Positions 25,103 to 36,800 of a DNA stretch of 64,000 bases are shown here, piece after piece (position 1 is the stretch's first letter; the number at the start of each line of letters is the position of its first letter). This stretch comes from Macrostomum hystrix (lineage: Eukaryota > Animalia > Platyhelminthes): assembly GCA_950097015.1 (NCBI GenBank), contig CATNEN010000038.1, forward strand, positions 33,976,001-34,040,000, in the 5' to 3' direction. A model generated the notes under the pieces. It was given only the letters and a program-made list of their open reading frames with translations. It searched no databases and had not been told where the DNA came from. The translations under genes and the position numbers were made by a program.

Positions 25103-26148
25103 TTAGAATTTTGCTGATACAGGAACAGGCTGATGGCGCGGCCAACCAACTGTGTTACCCGCCCACTTAACTTCGATGTTTAAAAGCACACAGTTAAAGT
25201 CATAAGTATTATTTGTTATAGAATGTTTCGCATACTGAATTGCACGTCGCCAGGCTGCGATGGCGTAGAGCTCGCCGAACTCCGTGTGTAGCACTTGCAG
25301 GACAGGGCGGACTCATTCTCGCTGTGGGAGCGGTCTGTCCAATCTTGCGTACGCGACCGTCACGAAGTATTTCTTGATTACTTGAATCAACCGCTTCTAG
25401 TGGTCTTGCCTAGCCTCGGGCAATGTCCCGATGACGGCTGGGAAGTTGCCTCCAGGCCCGTCTTCTGTCGGCTGATCACCCGTGACCTGCGGCAGCGGAG
25501 CTGACACAACCGGCTGTTGTGGCTGTTGCTGTGGCAGTGGCTGCTGCGGTGGCTGCTGCGGCTGCTGCTGCTGCTGCTGCTGCTGCTGCCCAAGCCATTG
25601 AAATGGCGACCACTTCTTGTACGGTGTCAGCTGCTTGGGCTGGGTTACCGGCTGCTGCATCAGTGGCGGCGGCTGCTGTTGCACTGGCTGCAGCGGCAGC
25701 TTTGGAGCGATGCACCGAGGCCTGTCTTCCCGCTAGGATCAGCCTCGGCTGCAGCAAGCGCGATCAATGTCCTTGCATTTGGCGGGTACCGAGCTAGGGT
25801 GGTGGCGGGTACCACAACGGCAGACGCAATTTGCCCCTTCAGCACGTTCTCACGAGCCACTGGGTGAGCTGGAACTGGCAGCCTAGACACAGTGGGCTGT
25901 AGTTTCTTGGACGGGACCGACTCAATGGTCTTAGTGGCTGGTCTCTTCACAGTACATGCTGTACCAACCAAGCTTGGCCTGGTGCGCTGTCGTAGTGGAG
26001 CCTCGTGCTGGTCCTCAGCAGGCGGTTCTGCTTCTGCGGAGATGGACTCCGTCGGGCTCGCACTTTCAGAACTTACTGATGGCAGATCAACAGTGATTGC
26101 TGCCAGGAGTTCATCAAACTCTTGATCATTGAACTTGTCTACTTCCAT
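25103..26148 (-). pseudogene. Accessory ORF of the Gypsy element (~350 codons ancestrally; one frameshift near 25.7 kb, in-frame stops at 25397-25399 and ~25314)
   Basis: ORFs 25397-25684 and 25103-25294 share a frame, bridged by KRLIQVIKKYFVTVAYARLDRPLPQRE*VRPVLQ; ORF 25660-26148 overlaps them in a shifted frame. Confidence 0.65.
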
Positions 26149-26229
26149 GTTTTACGGAAAATGGCTTATTCAATCTCAGAACGAGTGACTTTCTACTCTT
26201 AATTGCTCCTTTTCTGCTCCCGAGGGGTC

Positions 26230-26362
26230 TTCTATATATAGGTGAGAAACAGGGGTCCCACCCCACATTTTATTGGCTAACACAGATTTTTACTTTCTAC
26301 AATGGCTGACCAATGATGGCTTGACTAATTTACTCCCTCTAAAACAATTCCTATTGGTTGAC
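26230..26362 (-). promoter_or_regulatory. Putative internal Pol II promoter: CCAAT boxes, GTGGGGTGGG element and TATA box
   Basis: Minus strand reads CAACCAATAG (~26355), an inverted CCAAT (~26312), TAGCCAATAA (~26275), CCTATATATAG (~26236), then ATG at 26148. Confidence 0.65.
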
Positions 26363-26427
26363 TCAAATTCCTTTATGTCTATTGTGTAGCCCTTTTCTCC
26401 TCCAATTGTGCAACTACTTGTTTGCTT

Positions 26428-28332
26428 TTAGAAATTTATACTGCCGAACCACATAATCGCTGTGGTTAGTCTTTTCAAATAATCATTAAATCTGACTGGG
26501 GTCTTAACACATTTTCTCGTGTTGTAGGTATGCGGAGCTATCGCCTCGTCTTCACATGCCGAGTCTAAATCTGAGGTGACAGATTCCTTGCTAATACTCT
26601 CTAGACTTTCGTTCTCGTCCTCACTTTCGCCTTCTCCTTCCTCTTCGGTGTTTACATTGTCAGACTGACAACTTGCATCATCCACCTCCACTTCGGCTCC
26701 AATATCCAGCATGCTTCCTCTGATTTCATGATCTTTGCTTCTACTGTCACAATGCCACAGGAGTCTCTCTTCGTCTTCCGATTCGGAGTCAGATAGAATT
26801 ACCTGCTTCTCTTCGGTTTTCCTCCTTGTGTGGCTTCCCTTAACTGATTGTCCTTCCCTTTTAGGCTGACTTTTCCTGTCTGCTACCTTCTCTCTGTTCG
26901 CGGCGCTGGGGTGGCTTCCCTTAACTATTGCTTCCTTGATAGAATTCAGCACTAGAGTCAGATTGTCTCTATGCACTAATAGGATGTTACCTGTTAATTC
27001 ACCTTCTTCTTCTTTCTGCACTTTAAACACTACATCTGAAAATTGTTCTAACACTCTATAAGCGGATCTCTTCTTGTGATGGAATTTATGAGACTCTTCG
27101 CTATCTAACTGCGGATTGTTAATTAAAGCTAGACTTCCTATTGGAATCTCTCTAGGCAGCTTACTGTTCTTGACCTCTTCTTCTTGCTGAGTAATTACTT
27201 TCTCTAATTTCCTTTTAACTATTTCGCCTGCTACTCTCAGTCTTTCGGCATGTTTGGCAACATAGGACGGGTAATCTGCAAAGGACTTAAATTCTTTAAT
27301 CTGATTGTCAATCGGCAATACAGCCTCTCTCCCAAATAACAGGAAATGGGGACTGTAGCCAGTGGTCTTATTCACACTTGTGCGCATGGCTACCAAAGCG
27401 GCGGGAATCATTAAGTCCTAGTCATTGTGGTCTTTTTCAATCAAGCAAGTGATGATTGACTTAATCTGCTTATTGAATCGTTCCACTAGACCGTTGCTTT
27501 GGGCATGATAGGGGGTTGTAAAAGTGTGCTTGACATTGTACAGATCGCAGAACGCTTTAAATTGCTTGCTGGTAAAAGTTTTTCCATTATCTGTATGGAT
27601 CCAATGACATTGGCCATATTCTGAAAATACTCTCTCCTGCAGTAATTTTATTACGGTGTCTGACCTTTGGGTATGGACTGGGAAAGCGAAGGGATATTTG
27701 GTAGTGCTGTCCACCACAGTTAACACATACTGGTGTCCTCTCCTACTTTCTTTAGATATGGGTCCGATTAAATCAATGTGAAGACGGAAAAACGGTTCAT
27801 TGACTGGAAAGGACTGAATGGGTGCTTGGATGTAATGGCCTTTCTTACTTTCAAGACAGGGGATACACTGGGCAATCAATCCTTCAATTGAAGTGACCAA
27901 TCCAGGTCTCCAGAATCTCTGCTTCATCCTTTGAATGGTTTTGTCTCTACCCAGGTGTCCTGCTAGTGGGCTCTCATGCGGATCGCTAAATGCTAGCTTG
28001 TCCATGGACTTGGGCAAAACAACTTTCCATTCACCTTCCTCCTTAATTACTAACAACTCTTTCTCAATAGTCATAGCTTCAAATGACTTACTCAATTGCT
28101 TCAGTTCGGGGCTTGCGTCACTCGGCAATGGGGGTTTGGCTAGGCCTTCGCGCTTCCATTCCCTTAGGGTTTGAATCGCGGGGTCTGCACGTTGGGCTTC
28201 TAAAATTTGCTCGCGCTTAAGCGGGTTGGGCAAGTAGTCTGTCAAAAGCTTATCACATCTGCTCTCTCTTAATCCTAGCGTCTCATTCTCTGGATTAGGG
28301 TAGAATACCTCTGCGCTCGGATTCAATTGCAA
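26428..28332 (-). pseudogene. Gypsy integrase (HHCC + DDE core + acidic C-terminal tail), broken by one in-frame TAG at 27418-27420
   Basis: HESPLAGHLG...CIPC, LHIDLIGP, HTDNG, TPYHAQSNGLVERFN, TTGYSPHFLLFGRE; the stop replaces the conserved Trp in D*D. Confidence 0.92.
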
Positions 28333-29589
28333 ATTGCAGGAATCACATTGAACACATTGTTCTTCTCCCTTCTCAATTCCTGAAATCTGTGACTCGATCC
28401 GACAATTGGGATCTGTTTCTATGAAAACTATAAAATTTAAACGAAAAGATATGGTATTTTCTCAACTATTACAGTTTATTAGATAAATCTGGTCCAATGG
28501 TCTTCTTTTTTTCTATGCAATGCCTTGAGTGGTGCAAAGCCTTGGTGACATGTAGTAAGATTACTCACTGGGCCATAGGGTGGGTAGGCCTAATGTATCA
28601 TCAACCAAACAAGAATGTGTATTTTTTTAACTTCAAACCTAAGCTACAGATTTTCTATTTAAGATATGATGATAAATCAAAAGCCAAGTTATAGAAAACA
28701 GTTACATCTTTCTTAAAAGTATCTGCTTTTGTTATTTTGTCAAATAGGAAAAAGTTTTCCAGCTTTTTATCTGAAACTGATAAATGATTTTCATGTATCT
28801 TCAAACCAAATGGAGAATTCGATGTTCGGTTTTGCAATTTGAGTGAGTGGTTTAATTTTATTTTAAGGAGTGATCTATCATGAATTATGTCATTTGAAAG
28901 CATTTTTGGTGCTCTATAAATAACTACATGGTAATTTAATTGGCAAGCAACCATATACAATCTTCATCTAAAGTACATACTGAAAAAATTATGTTTTTGC
29001 AATACAAATTTCTACTGAAACATCAATATCTTTCTTTTCTCTTAATGCTTCATTACACATCATGCCTCAGTTTGTAGATAATTTCTTTGACTTTCAAAGT
29101 AGTTTGTTCTGTGAAACACAATAGCTTGTTTCTGTCTTGCACGAGACCAAGAAAGGAGTCAAAATTCTTGTTCAGTTTTGAAGATACACTGTTCGGTTGA
29201 TGATACATTACCCTTGGGAAGACTGCTTGTATGAAGGGTATTCCAAAAGTCCTTTCCCTTTGAGCATAGCTCAGGATGTAGAGGTCTGATTGCAAAGCAG
29301 TTTTCAATGGCTTATAGAACCCTTTTCTATGATTCTTTGGTAAGAATTTTTTCACAAAATGCTAGGAGTTTTACTATGGAGATCTAGTGAAAGGTTTACA
29401 GAAACAACAAACAAAAGCAAGCCAACAACAGCATTTGAAAATGTTACTGCATAGACTGCTTCGTCAGTATCAAATATGGCTTTGTCTATCAGAGGAAGAT
29501 TCACAAAAGTCCAAAGCTCTGTCTACAGATTAGTAGGAGGCCTTTTCCACATAACCACCAGCAAGGGTCACACACTTTTCCCATCAGTG

Positions 29590-30420
29590 GTACTGGGCAT
29601 CAATTGCAGAGGCGAATTCCGCACAGGCCATCTGAAACAGAATGCAGTGACAAACCTATTCCAGATGATCTTGAGAAGCAAACACATGGCCTCTGAGATG
29701 CTTCTTAAGTGAAGGAAAGATGGCATAGTCACAGGGAGCCAAGTCAGGGCTGTATGGTGGATGCTCCAGGGTCTCAAACCCAAGCTTGGCCATGGCTTCC
29801 AGGGTTTTGGCAGCAGTGTGCAGACATGTATTGTCTTGTAGAACAATTTTTGGTTTTTGCCCTATCCTGCACTTGTTGCTGATATCATTTTTGAGCTTCA
29901 TTATGGTCTAGATGTAGCATTCCAGGTTGATAGTGGTGCCAGGCTGCAGGAAGTCAATGCTGATGGGGCCATACTCATCAAAAAGAGGGTGAGCATAATC
30001 TTCTTGGTGTGAAAGTCTCGGCAGGCAGCATGGAGTCACTCAAGAGTCAGGCACCCAGCAAGCAGAAAGCTTCACCAGACCTAGTTCTTCCATTAGAACT
30101 TGGTAGACAGTTGTTGTGGGAGCATTAAGACAATCAGAAATCAGCTGTATTGTCATCCCTGCAACCTCATTCAGAAGTGTCCTGATGCGAAGGGCAAGGT
30201 CTGATGAATGGAGAAGTAGGGTGGCCGGAGCAAGGTTGATCACTCAGTTGCTCTCGACCTGCTTCAAAGTGCTCAATCCAATTGCAAATGGTGCAAAAAG
30301 TCACTGCTTGATCCTGGTATACAGTGACAAAGGCTTGATGAATTTGAATAGCCAACAGACAATTTTTCCACAGTGAAAATATTGCAGCTTGCTGTGCTTC
30401 AACACTGTGGGCATTCATGG
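29590..30420 (-). mobile_element. Decayed mariner transposase
   Basis: KLSACWVP, IDFLQPGTTIN, LQDNTCLHTA, LEHPPYSPDLAPCDYAIFPSLK; frameshifted; TIRs not identified. Confidence 0.88.
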
Positions 30421-30608
30421 AGGTGATCCAAACTCCAGATGTCAAAAGAGACAGCAAACTTGTTGACAAGAAGTAAGGCTTTTGAAAACACAAAACTTGC
30501 TGAAAGACTATTGTAATGTTTCAAAAAAATCATGTCAAGATTATGGCTAACATTTCTTTTCTTAAGCTTCGAAATTAAAGTCAACACAACACAAGACTTG
30601 GTTTTAGG

Positions 30609-30665
30609 CACAGATACTATAATAATCTGTTTAACTGTACTATAATAGTTATTATAGTATCTGTG
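30609..30665. mobile_element. 57-bp micro-MITE with 17-bp perfect TIRs (CACAGATACTATAATAA) and 8-bp TSD GTTTTAGG
   Basis: TSD at 30601-30608 and 30666-30673. Confidence 0.85.
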
Positions 30666-33600
30666 GTTTTAGGCACAAAAATCAATCTTGGTAAGCCTAA
30701 TGGTAGGTGTCTATGGCCAATGCCCCTATATCTCAGAAACAGCTTTTCTGTTTAGCATAGGCCTAAGCTTGGTTTCAAAAGAAGCACAGAAAAAAGATCT
30801 ATAAACCATCAAAAACCGCTTTGCAATCAGACCTCTACACCCTGAGCAAAAGGGAAAAGACTTTTGGAACACCCCTGTTGGCTCCAACTGTTCATACACA
30901 ACACCTGGCCAATGTGGCCAAATTGCCCAGTTAATAGAGAGCCAAGCAAAGTAAAGTTGCAAAAAAGTAAAAAAATAAAAGAGAGATCAAGGGACAAGTT
31001 TAAAAAAAAAAGAGTACAAAAAAGAAAAAAACAAAATGAGAGAAATGAGAATAGAGAAAAATAAACAAAAATAGAAGAGAAGGATATAAAAATTCAGATA
31101 AACAAATAAGTTTTAAGTCATAAATAAAGTAATATGTATGTCTTAAAGCAAATAAACTAAGTTGCTAGGAGAGAAAGTTACATTTGAGAGAGAACAAAGT
31201 TGCAATTAGGGAGCTATAGGAAAATTAAGTTGCATATTTAAGAATCATCTGTGCTCCATGAAAAAAAGACAACTAACTAGGATTTCGTTTTCTTTTTTTT
31301 CTGTAACTTTGTGTTATTTTGTATTTTAATATGATATACTTTTATAAAATTTCTTTGGTCAAATTTTCACATATCCATGTTCTCAGTTTTTTCTTCTTTT
31401 CTTCTCTATGCAGATTTTTTCTTTCTCTTCTACTATGTTTTCTGCTGCTATCAGATTTTTAAGTTGGTCATAATTGTGATTTTTAAATGTGCATTCTTTT
31501 TAATGCTTCACATTTCTATTTTCTATGAAAAGTGTATTTCAATTTAAAGTGTATTAAATCCTATTAAACTAGTTTGTCACAGTATATGTTATATTTTTGG
31601 TTCAAAACTAAGTTGCATGGCCAGCTGAGATTCTGAAGGGGTTGCATATGTATAGCTCCAACACTGGGCCAAATCTGTAACCAGTTCAATAGAGCTCAAT
31701 TGAGTTGTAACTTTTAATTGAGTGATACATTGTAGCCTTCAGGTATCACCAAAAAGCAAAATGTAGACACTCAATCCAATTACTATATTGTACTGCCTTG
31801 AATTAGTGGAAGGCCCTGTAGTGAAAAGCATTGAAAGTATAAGCTATATGCCATACAATTGTAGCTTGACTTGAATCTTAATATTTGTATCTTCCTTTAA
31901 AGGTTCCCTGAGCTGCAGCCATAGTCTAGTCCAATAAAGTTCACTGGGATATTTTAGGATTGTATAAAACAATCCTAATATAATTAGATGATAAGATAAA
32001 AACAAACAATGTACATTTTATTACCTGAATTAACAAATAGCTGTTTTTATTTCTTCTTACCACATGTACAATTTTTAATGCAGATCCTTTAATACAAAAT
32101 ATTTAGCATAGCCTGTAGCTGAAGTGACATTGCTTTGGACAGCTGCTGCTACTGTAACCACAGTCAAATATAATGATTTGACTATTGCTTCTAAAAGTTG
32201 AGATGTAATAGAATTCCTAGAAATACAGAATATTATCTATAAATTATTATCTGAACCACCACTGTGCAGAACAAAGTCAAGCATCACACAGGTCTTCTGC
32301 CTTGCAAGACAGTATTTAATTAAGTATTAATAGATCAATAGAAGGTTTATTCACTGATTCAGTTAGACTTTTGCACTGGCATTTACAACTAAAACACCCT
32401 GATGAGCCTGTTCCTTGGCAAGGAAACAATCTGGTTGAGCTGTTTGGGGTGAATGGCAGATCTTGGCCAGGCCAAGGGTAGGACCATGATGAAGACGTGT
32501 CTGCCCTTGGTCCCCTGAGCCTTTTTCTCACTTTGAGTTCACTATGATAAAAAAGTAATTAAAAGACTCAAGTGCCTTTATTTCTTCTTTATTTAGCTTC
32601 TTCTGATTTGATCGCTAGTTGCAATTGCAATTGTAGAAAGAATTAGTTACTTTATACCATGCAATAAATATAAAGCCTTAATGACTATTACAAACAAATT
32701 TGCATGCTAAACTAAAGTAGCCTTAAAGAAATGCAAATGTGCTGATGGGCAAATTCTAAATAGTGAAGCTTTTTTACAAAACAAAATTCAACATCAAGGC
32801 TATTTTGCAGCCATGACAATAAACTTAAACAATCTTCCTTTTTTAATATAGATAAAAAATAATTTTTAACAAACTGGTTAAATTTAGTCTTATAAACTAA
32901 TTTACCTATGTACTAGTAATAAAATGTACATCTAAGTATAGAAAAAGTTAAATGTGATAACTCAGTAATTTTCTGCAATTTAATTTCAACCTGATAATGT
33001 ATATATGAAATTAAATATCTAAATTGAAGTCACTAGACTTCTTCTTTTTGTCTCTGAATTTTTGCACGATATTTTCTAGTTTCACTAAAAACACTATATA
33101 CTGTAATATAGCAATATATACATTATACCATTATCGGCAACTATAAGTTCTACATTAAGTGCCACATTACCTAAGACATTGTGTAAGATATTCAAAAAAC
33201 GTCTGAGGAAATATGAGCAATCTGTACAGTTTCTGCAGACAAAATCTGGGTCCCGACCTCCATCCTAGAAAATGGGGAAACGTTTTTTTACCCGAAAAAA
33301 AATTTGTTAGCCTTAATACATAAAACAGGAAAACAAAAAAATAGAAACATATCATTTTTCTATTGTGGAAATGCTTTTGAAACCTTGACAACCATAGCTT
33401 AATTGCATTTGATATCATATCCAAACATTTGAATTATACCTTGTCCCAGGCTTACCTATTGTAAGAAGGAAGATAGTTTCTATCTTTGTTGTTACTGTCA
33501 GTAGATTGTGTGGAATATGCAATACACTTTATGAAGGGCTAGTATATATTAGACTGCTGCTGTTATCATAGGTTTATCCCATTGGCCAATCGTAAAAGGC

Positions 33601-33876
33601 AGTTAGATAAAAAGCTAAATTTAGTTATTTAGCGTGAAAATTGTGTTATTTACAAAATGTCAGCTTGTTTGCAAGCGATAATAGCTCGATATTTGACTTG
33701 AAAAAGTAGAAACATAGAATACATAAATAAAAGAAGACTTTAAAAATGCCTTGATAAAATGTCCTTCGACATATAAACCTCTTTCCGTCACTGTTTCAGG
33801 CGCCCTCAGTTAAAAAGCCGCAGCTCCTTCAGTTAAGCGGCAGCGGCCGCCGCATAGTTAGACCGGCTTCGGCATC

Positions 33877-36800
33877 ATGGCGGCTGTTGCCGCTTGGCTG
33901 CCATTCGCTAGGGCGGCGGCCATCGGCTGGGTGCCGGTGGCGCAGCATCCCATGCCACCGCCGCCGCCGCCGCCAAGTCTGCAAACTTCGCCAGGAGAGC
34001 ACAGGTTAGTTTAGTTAAAGCTGACAGGCATTGCGCAGTCAGGCAGTGTACACTCTCATTGTGCCTTGGCCCTGAAAGGGGTCAACTGCACGACAAGCCC
34101 TCAAGCCTTGTCTCCACAGCTGTAACCTGTGTAACCTGTTTCAGAGAGAAAGACGCATTACTGCTCAGCCGCTTACCCCCAGATTAACTTCAGAATATGG
34201 GATAATGTAATTAATCCTGATCATTCTTAAGTACCAAAATAATAATATAATTTCAGATGCTCTCCTTTTTACTTGCATGTGTTGGGCTGGTTTGTGCCCT
34301 ACGTCATTCCTGCAATGCTACTTTTTTACCTGAAAATTTCCCAGATCGGATGAGAAGCTCTCAATTGTTGTCTCTGGTCGTCTGTTTGTAACCTGGCGCA
34401 ACACCTTGGAAAAATATCCCAACACACTGTTGGGTAGCGACGAGAAGGAGTATTTTCTTGACGACAGTACCGGCAAGTACTTCTTTGACAGAGATCCGGA
34501 TATGTTTAGGCATATTCTGGCTTACTATCGGACTGGAAAACTGCATTATCCTAGGTGAGGCATTCATTTTTTCTCATTCATATTGGATTCAAAGTTAGCG
34601 TGCATGTGGCGCTTAAAATCTTCCTTTTGTTCATCTCGTTCTTATAATTGTTCTGCTATTTTCTCTATTATTCAGTAGCTTAACCTCTGAAGCAAGTGCT
34701 CTGGTTGTTCATCAATTCTTCAGCGCCTTAAATATTTCCCACATCCCTCAGCGCCCTAGATATTTCCCACATCCCTCAGTGCCTTAGATATTTCCCACAT
34801 CCCTCAGTGCCTTAGATATTTCCCACATCCCTCAGTGCCTTAGATATTTCCCAGATTCATCAGCGCCTTAGATATTTCCCAGATTCATCAGCGCCTTAGA
34901 TATTTCCCAGATTCATCAGCGCCTTAGATATTTCCCACGGCCACATCCCTCAGCGCCCTAGATATTTCCCACATCCCTCAGTACCTTAGATATTTCCCAC
35001 ATCCCTCAGTGCCTTAGATATTTCCCGCATCCCTCAGTGCCTTAGATATTTCCCACATCCTAGGTGAGGCATTCATTCATTCTCATTCATATTGGATTCA
35101 AAGTTAGCGTGCATGTGGCGCTTAAAATCTTCTTTTTGTTCATCTCGTTCTTATAATTGTTCTGCTATTTTCTCTATTATTCAGTAGCTTAACCTCTGAA
35201 GCAAGTGCTCTGGTTGTTCATCAATTCTTCAGCGCCTTAAATATTTCCCACATCCCTCAGCGCCCTAGATATTTCCCACATCCCTCAGTGCCTTAGATAT
35301 TTCCCACATCCCTCAGTGCCTTAGATATTTCCCACATCCCTCAGTGCCTTAGATATTTCCCACATCCCTCAGTGCCTTAGATATTTCCCACATCCCTCAG
35401 CGCCCTAGATATTTCCCAAATTCATCAGCGCCCTAGATATATCCCAGATTTATCAGTGCCCTAGATATATCCCAGATTCATCAGTGCCCTAGATATATCC
35501 CAGATTTATCAGTGCCTCAGATATATCCCAGATTTATCAGCGCCTCAGATATATCCCAGATTTATCAGCGCCTTAGATAAATCCCAGATTCATCAGCGCC
35601 TTAGATATTTCCCACGGCCACATCCCTCAGCGCCCTAGATATTTCCCACATCCCTCAGTGCCTTAGATATTTCCCGCATCCCTCAGTGCCTTAGATATTT
35701 CCCACATCCTAGGTGAGGCATTCATTCATTCTCATTCATATTGGATTCAAAGTTAGCGTGCATGTGGCGCTTAAAATCTTCTTTTTGTTCATCTCGTTCT
35801 TATAATTGTTCTGCTATTTTCTCTATTATTCAGTAGCTTAACCTCTGAAGCAAGTGCTCTGGTTGTTCATCAATTCTTCAGCGCCTTAAATATTTCCCAC
35901 ATCCCTCAGCGCCCTAGATATTTCCCACATCCCTCAGTGCCTTAGATATTTCCCACATCCCTCAGTGCCTTAGATATTTCCCACATCCCTCAGTGCCTTA
36001 GATATTTCCCACATCCCTCAGTGCCTTAGATATTTCCCACATCCCTCAGCGCCCTAGATATTTCCCAAATTCATCAGCGCCCTAGATATATCCCAGATTT
36101 ATCAGTGCCCTAGATATATCCCAGATTCATCAGTGCCCTAGATATATCCCAGATTTATCAGTGCCTCAGATATATCCCAGATTTATCAGCGCCTCAGATA
36201 TATCCCAGATTTATCAGCGCCTTAGATAAATCCCAGATTTATCAGCGCCTTAGATATTTCCCAGATTCATCAGCGCCTTAGATATTTCCCAGATTCATCA
36301 GCGCCTTAGATATTTCCCAGATTCATCAGTGCCTTAGATATTTCCCAGATTCATCAGCGCCTTAGATATATCCCAGATTCATCAGCGCCTTAGATATATC
36401 CCAGATTCATCAGCGCCTTAGATATTTCCCAGATTCATCAGCGCCTTAGATATTTCCCAGATTCATCAGCGCCTTAGATATTTCCCAGATTCATCAGTGC
36501 CTTAGATATTTCCCACATCCCTCAGCGCCCTAGATATTTCCCACATCCCTCAGTGCCCTAGATATTTCCCACATCCCTCAGTGCCTTAGATATTTCCCGC
36601 ATCCCTCAGTGCCTTAGATATTTCCCACATCCCTCAGTGCCTTAGATATTTCCCACATCCCTCAGTGCCTTAGATATTTCCCACATCCCTCAGTGCCTTA
36701 GATATTTCCCACATCCCTCAGCGCCCTAGATATTTCCCAAATTCATCAGCGCCCTAGATATATCCCAGATTCATCAGTGCCCTAGATATATCCCAGATTT

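Larger units (their letters stand above)
24216..28473 (-). mobile_element. Internally deleted Ty3/Gypsy LTR retrotransposon: 3' LTR ~24216-24921, 5' LTR stub 28414-28473, integrase, accessory ORF
   Basis: 60-bp direct repeat 24862-24921 = 28414-28473 (2 mismatches); TGT...ACA termini; 4-bp GTTT on both sides (24212-24215, 28474-28477); purine-rich AGGGAAGCCAG just before the 3' LTR on the minus strand. The left LTR boundary rests on the TSD only. Confidence 0.78.

Noticed and set aside
32395-32452. CTGATGAGCC...GGCAAGGAAAC hammerhead-like motif
   Set aside because: Extra AAG before GAAA and stem I out of register; at most a decayed relic
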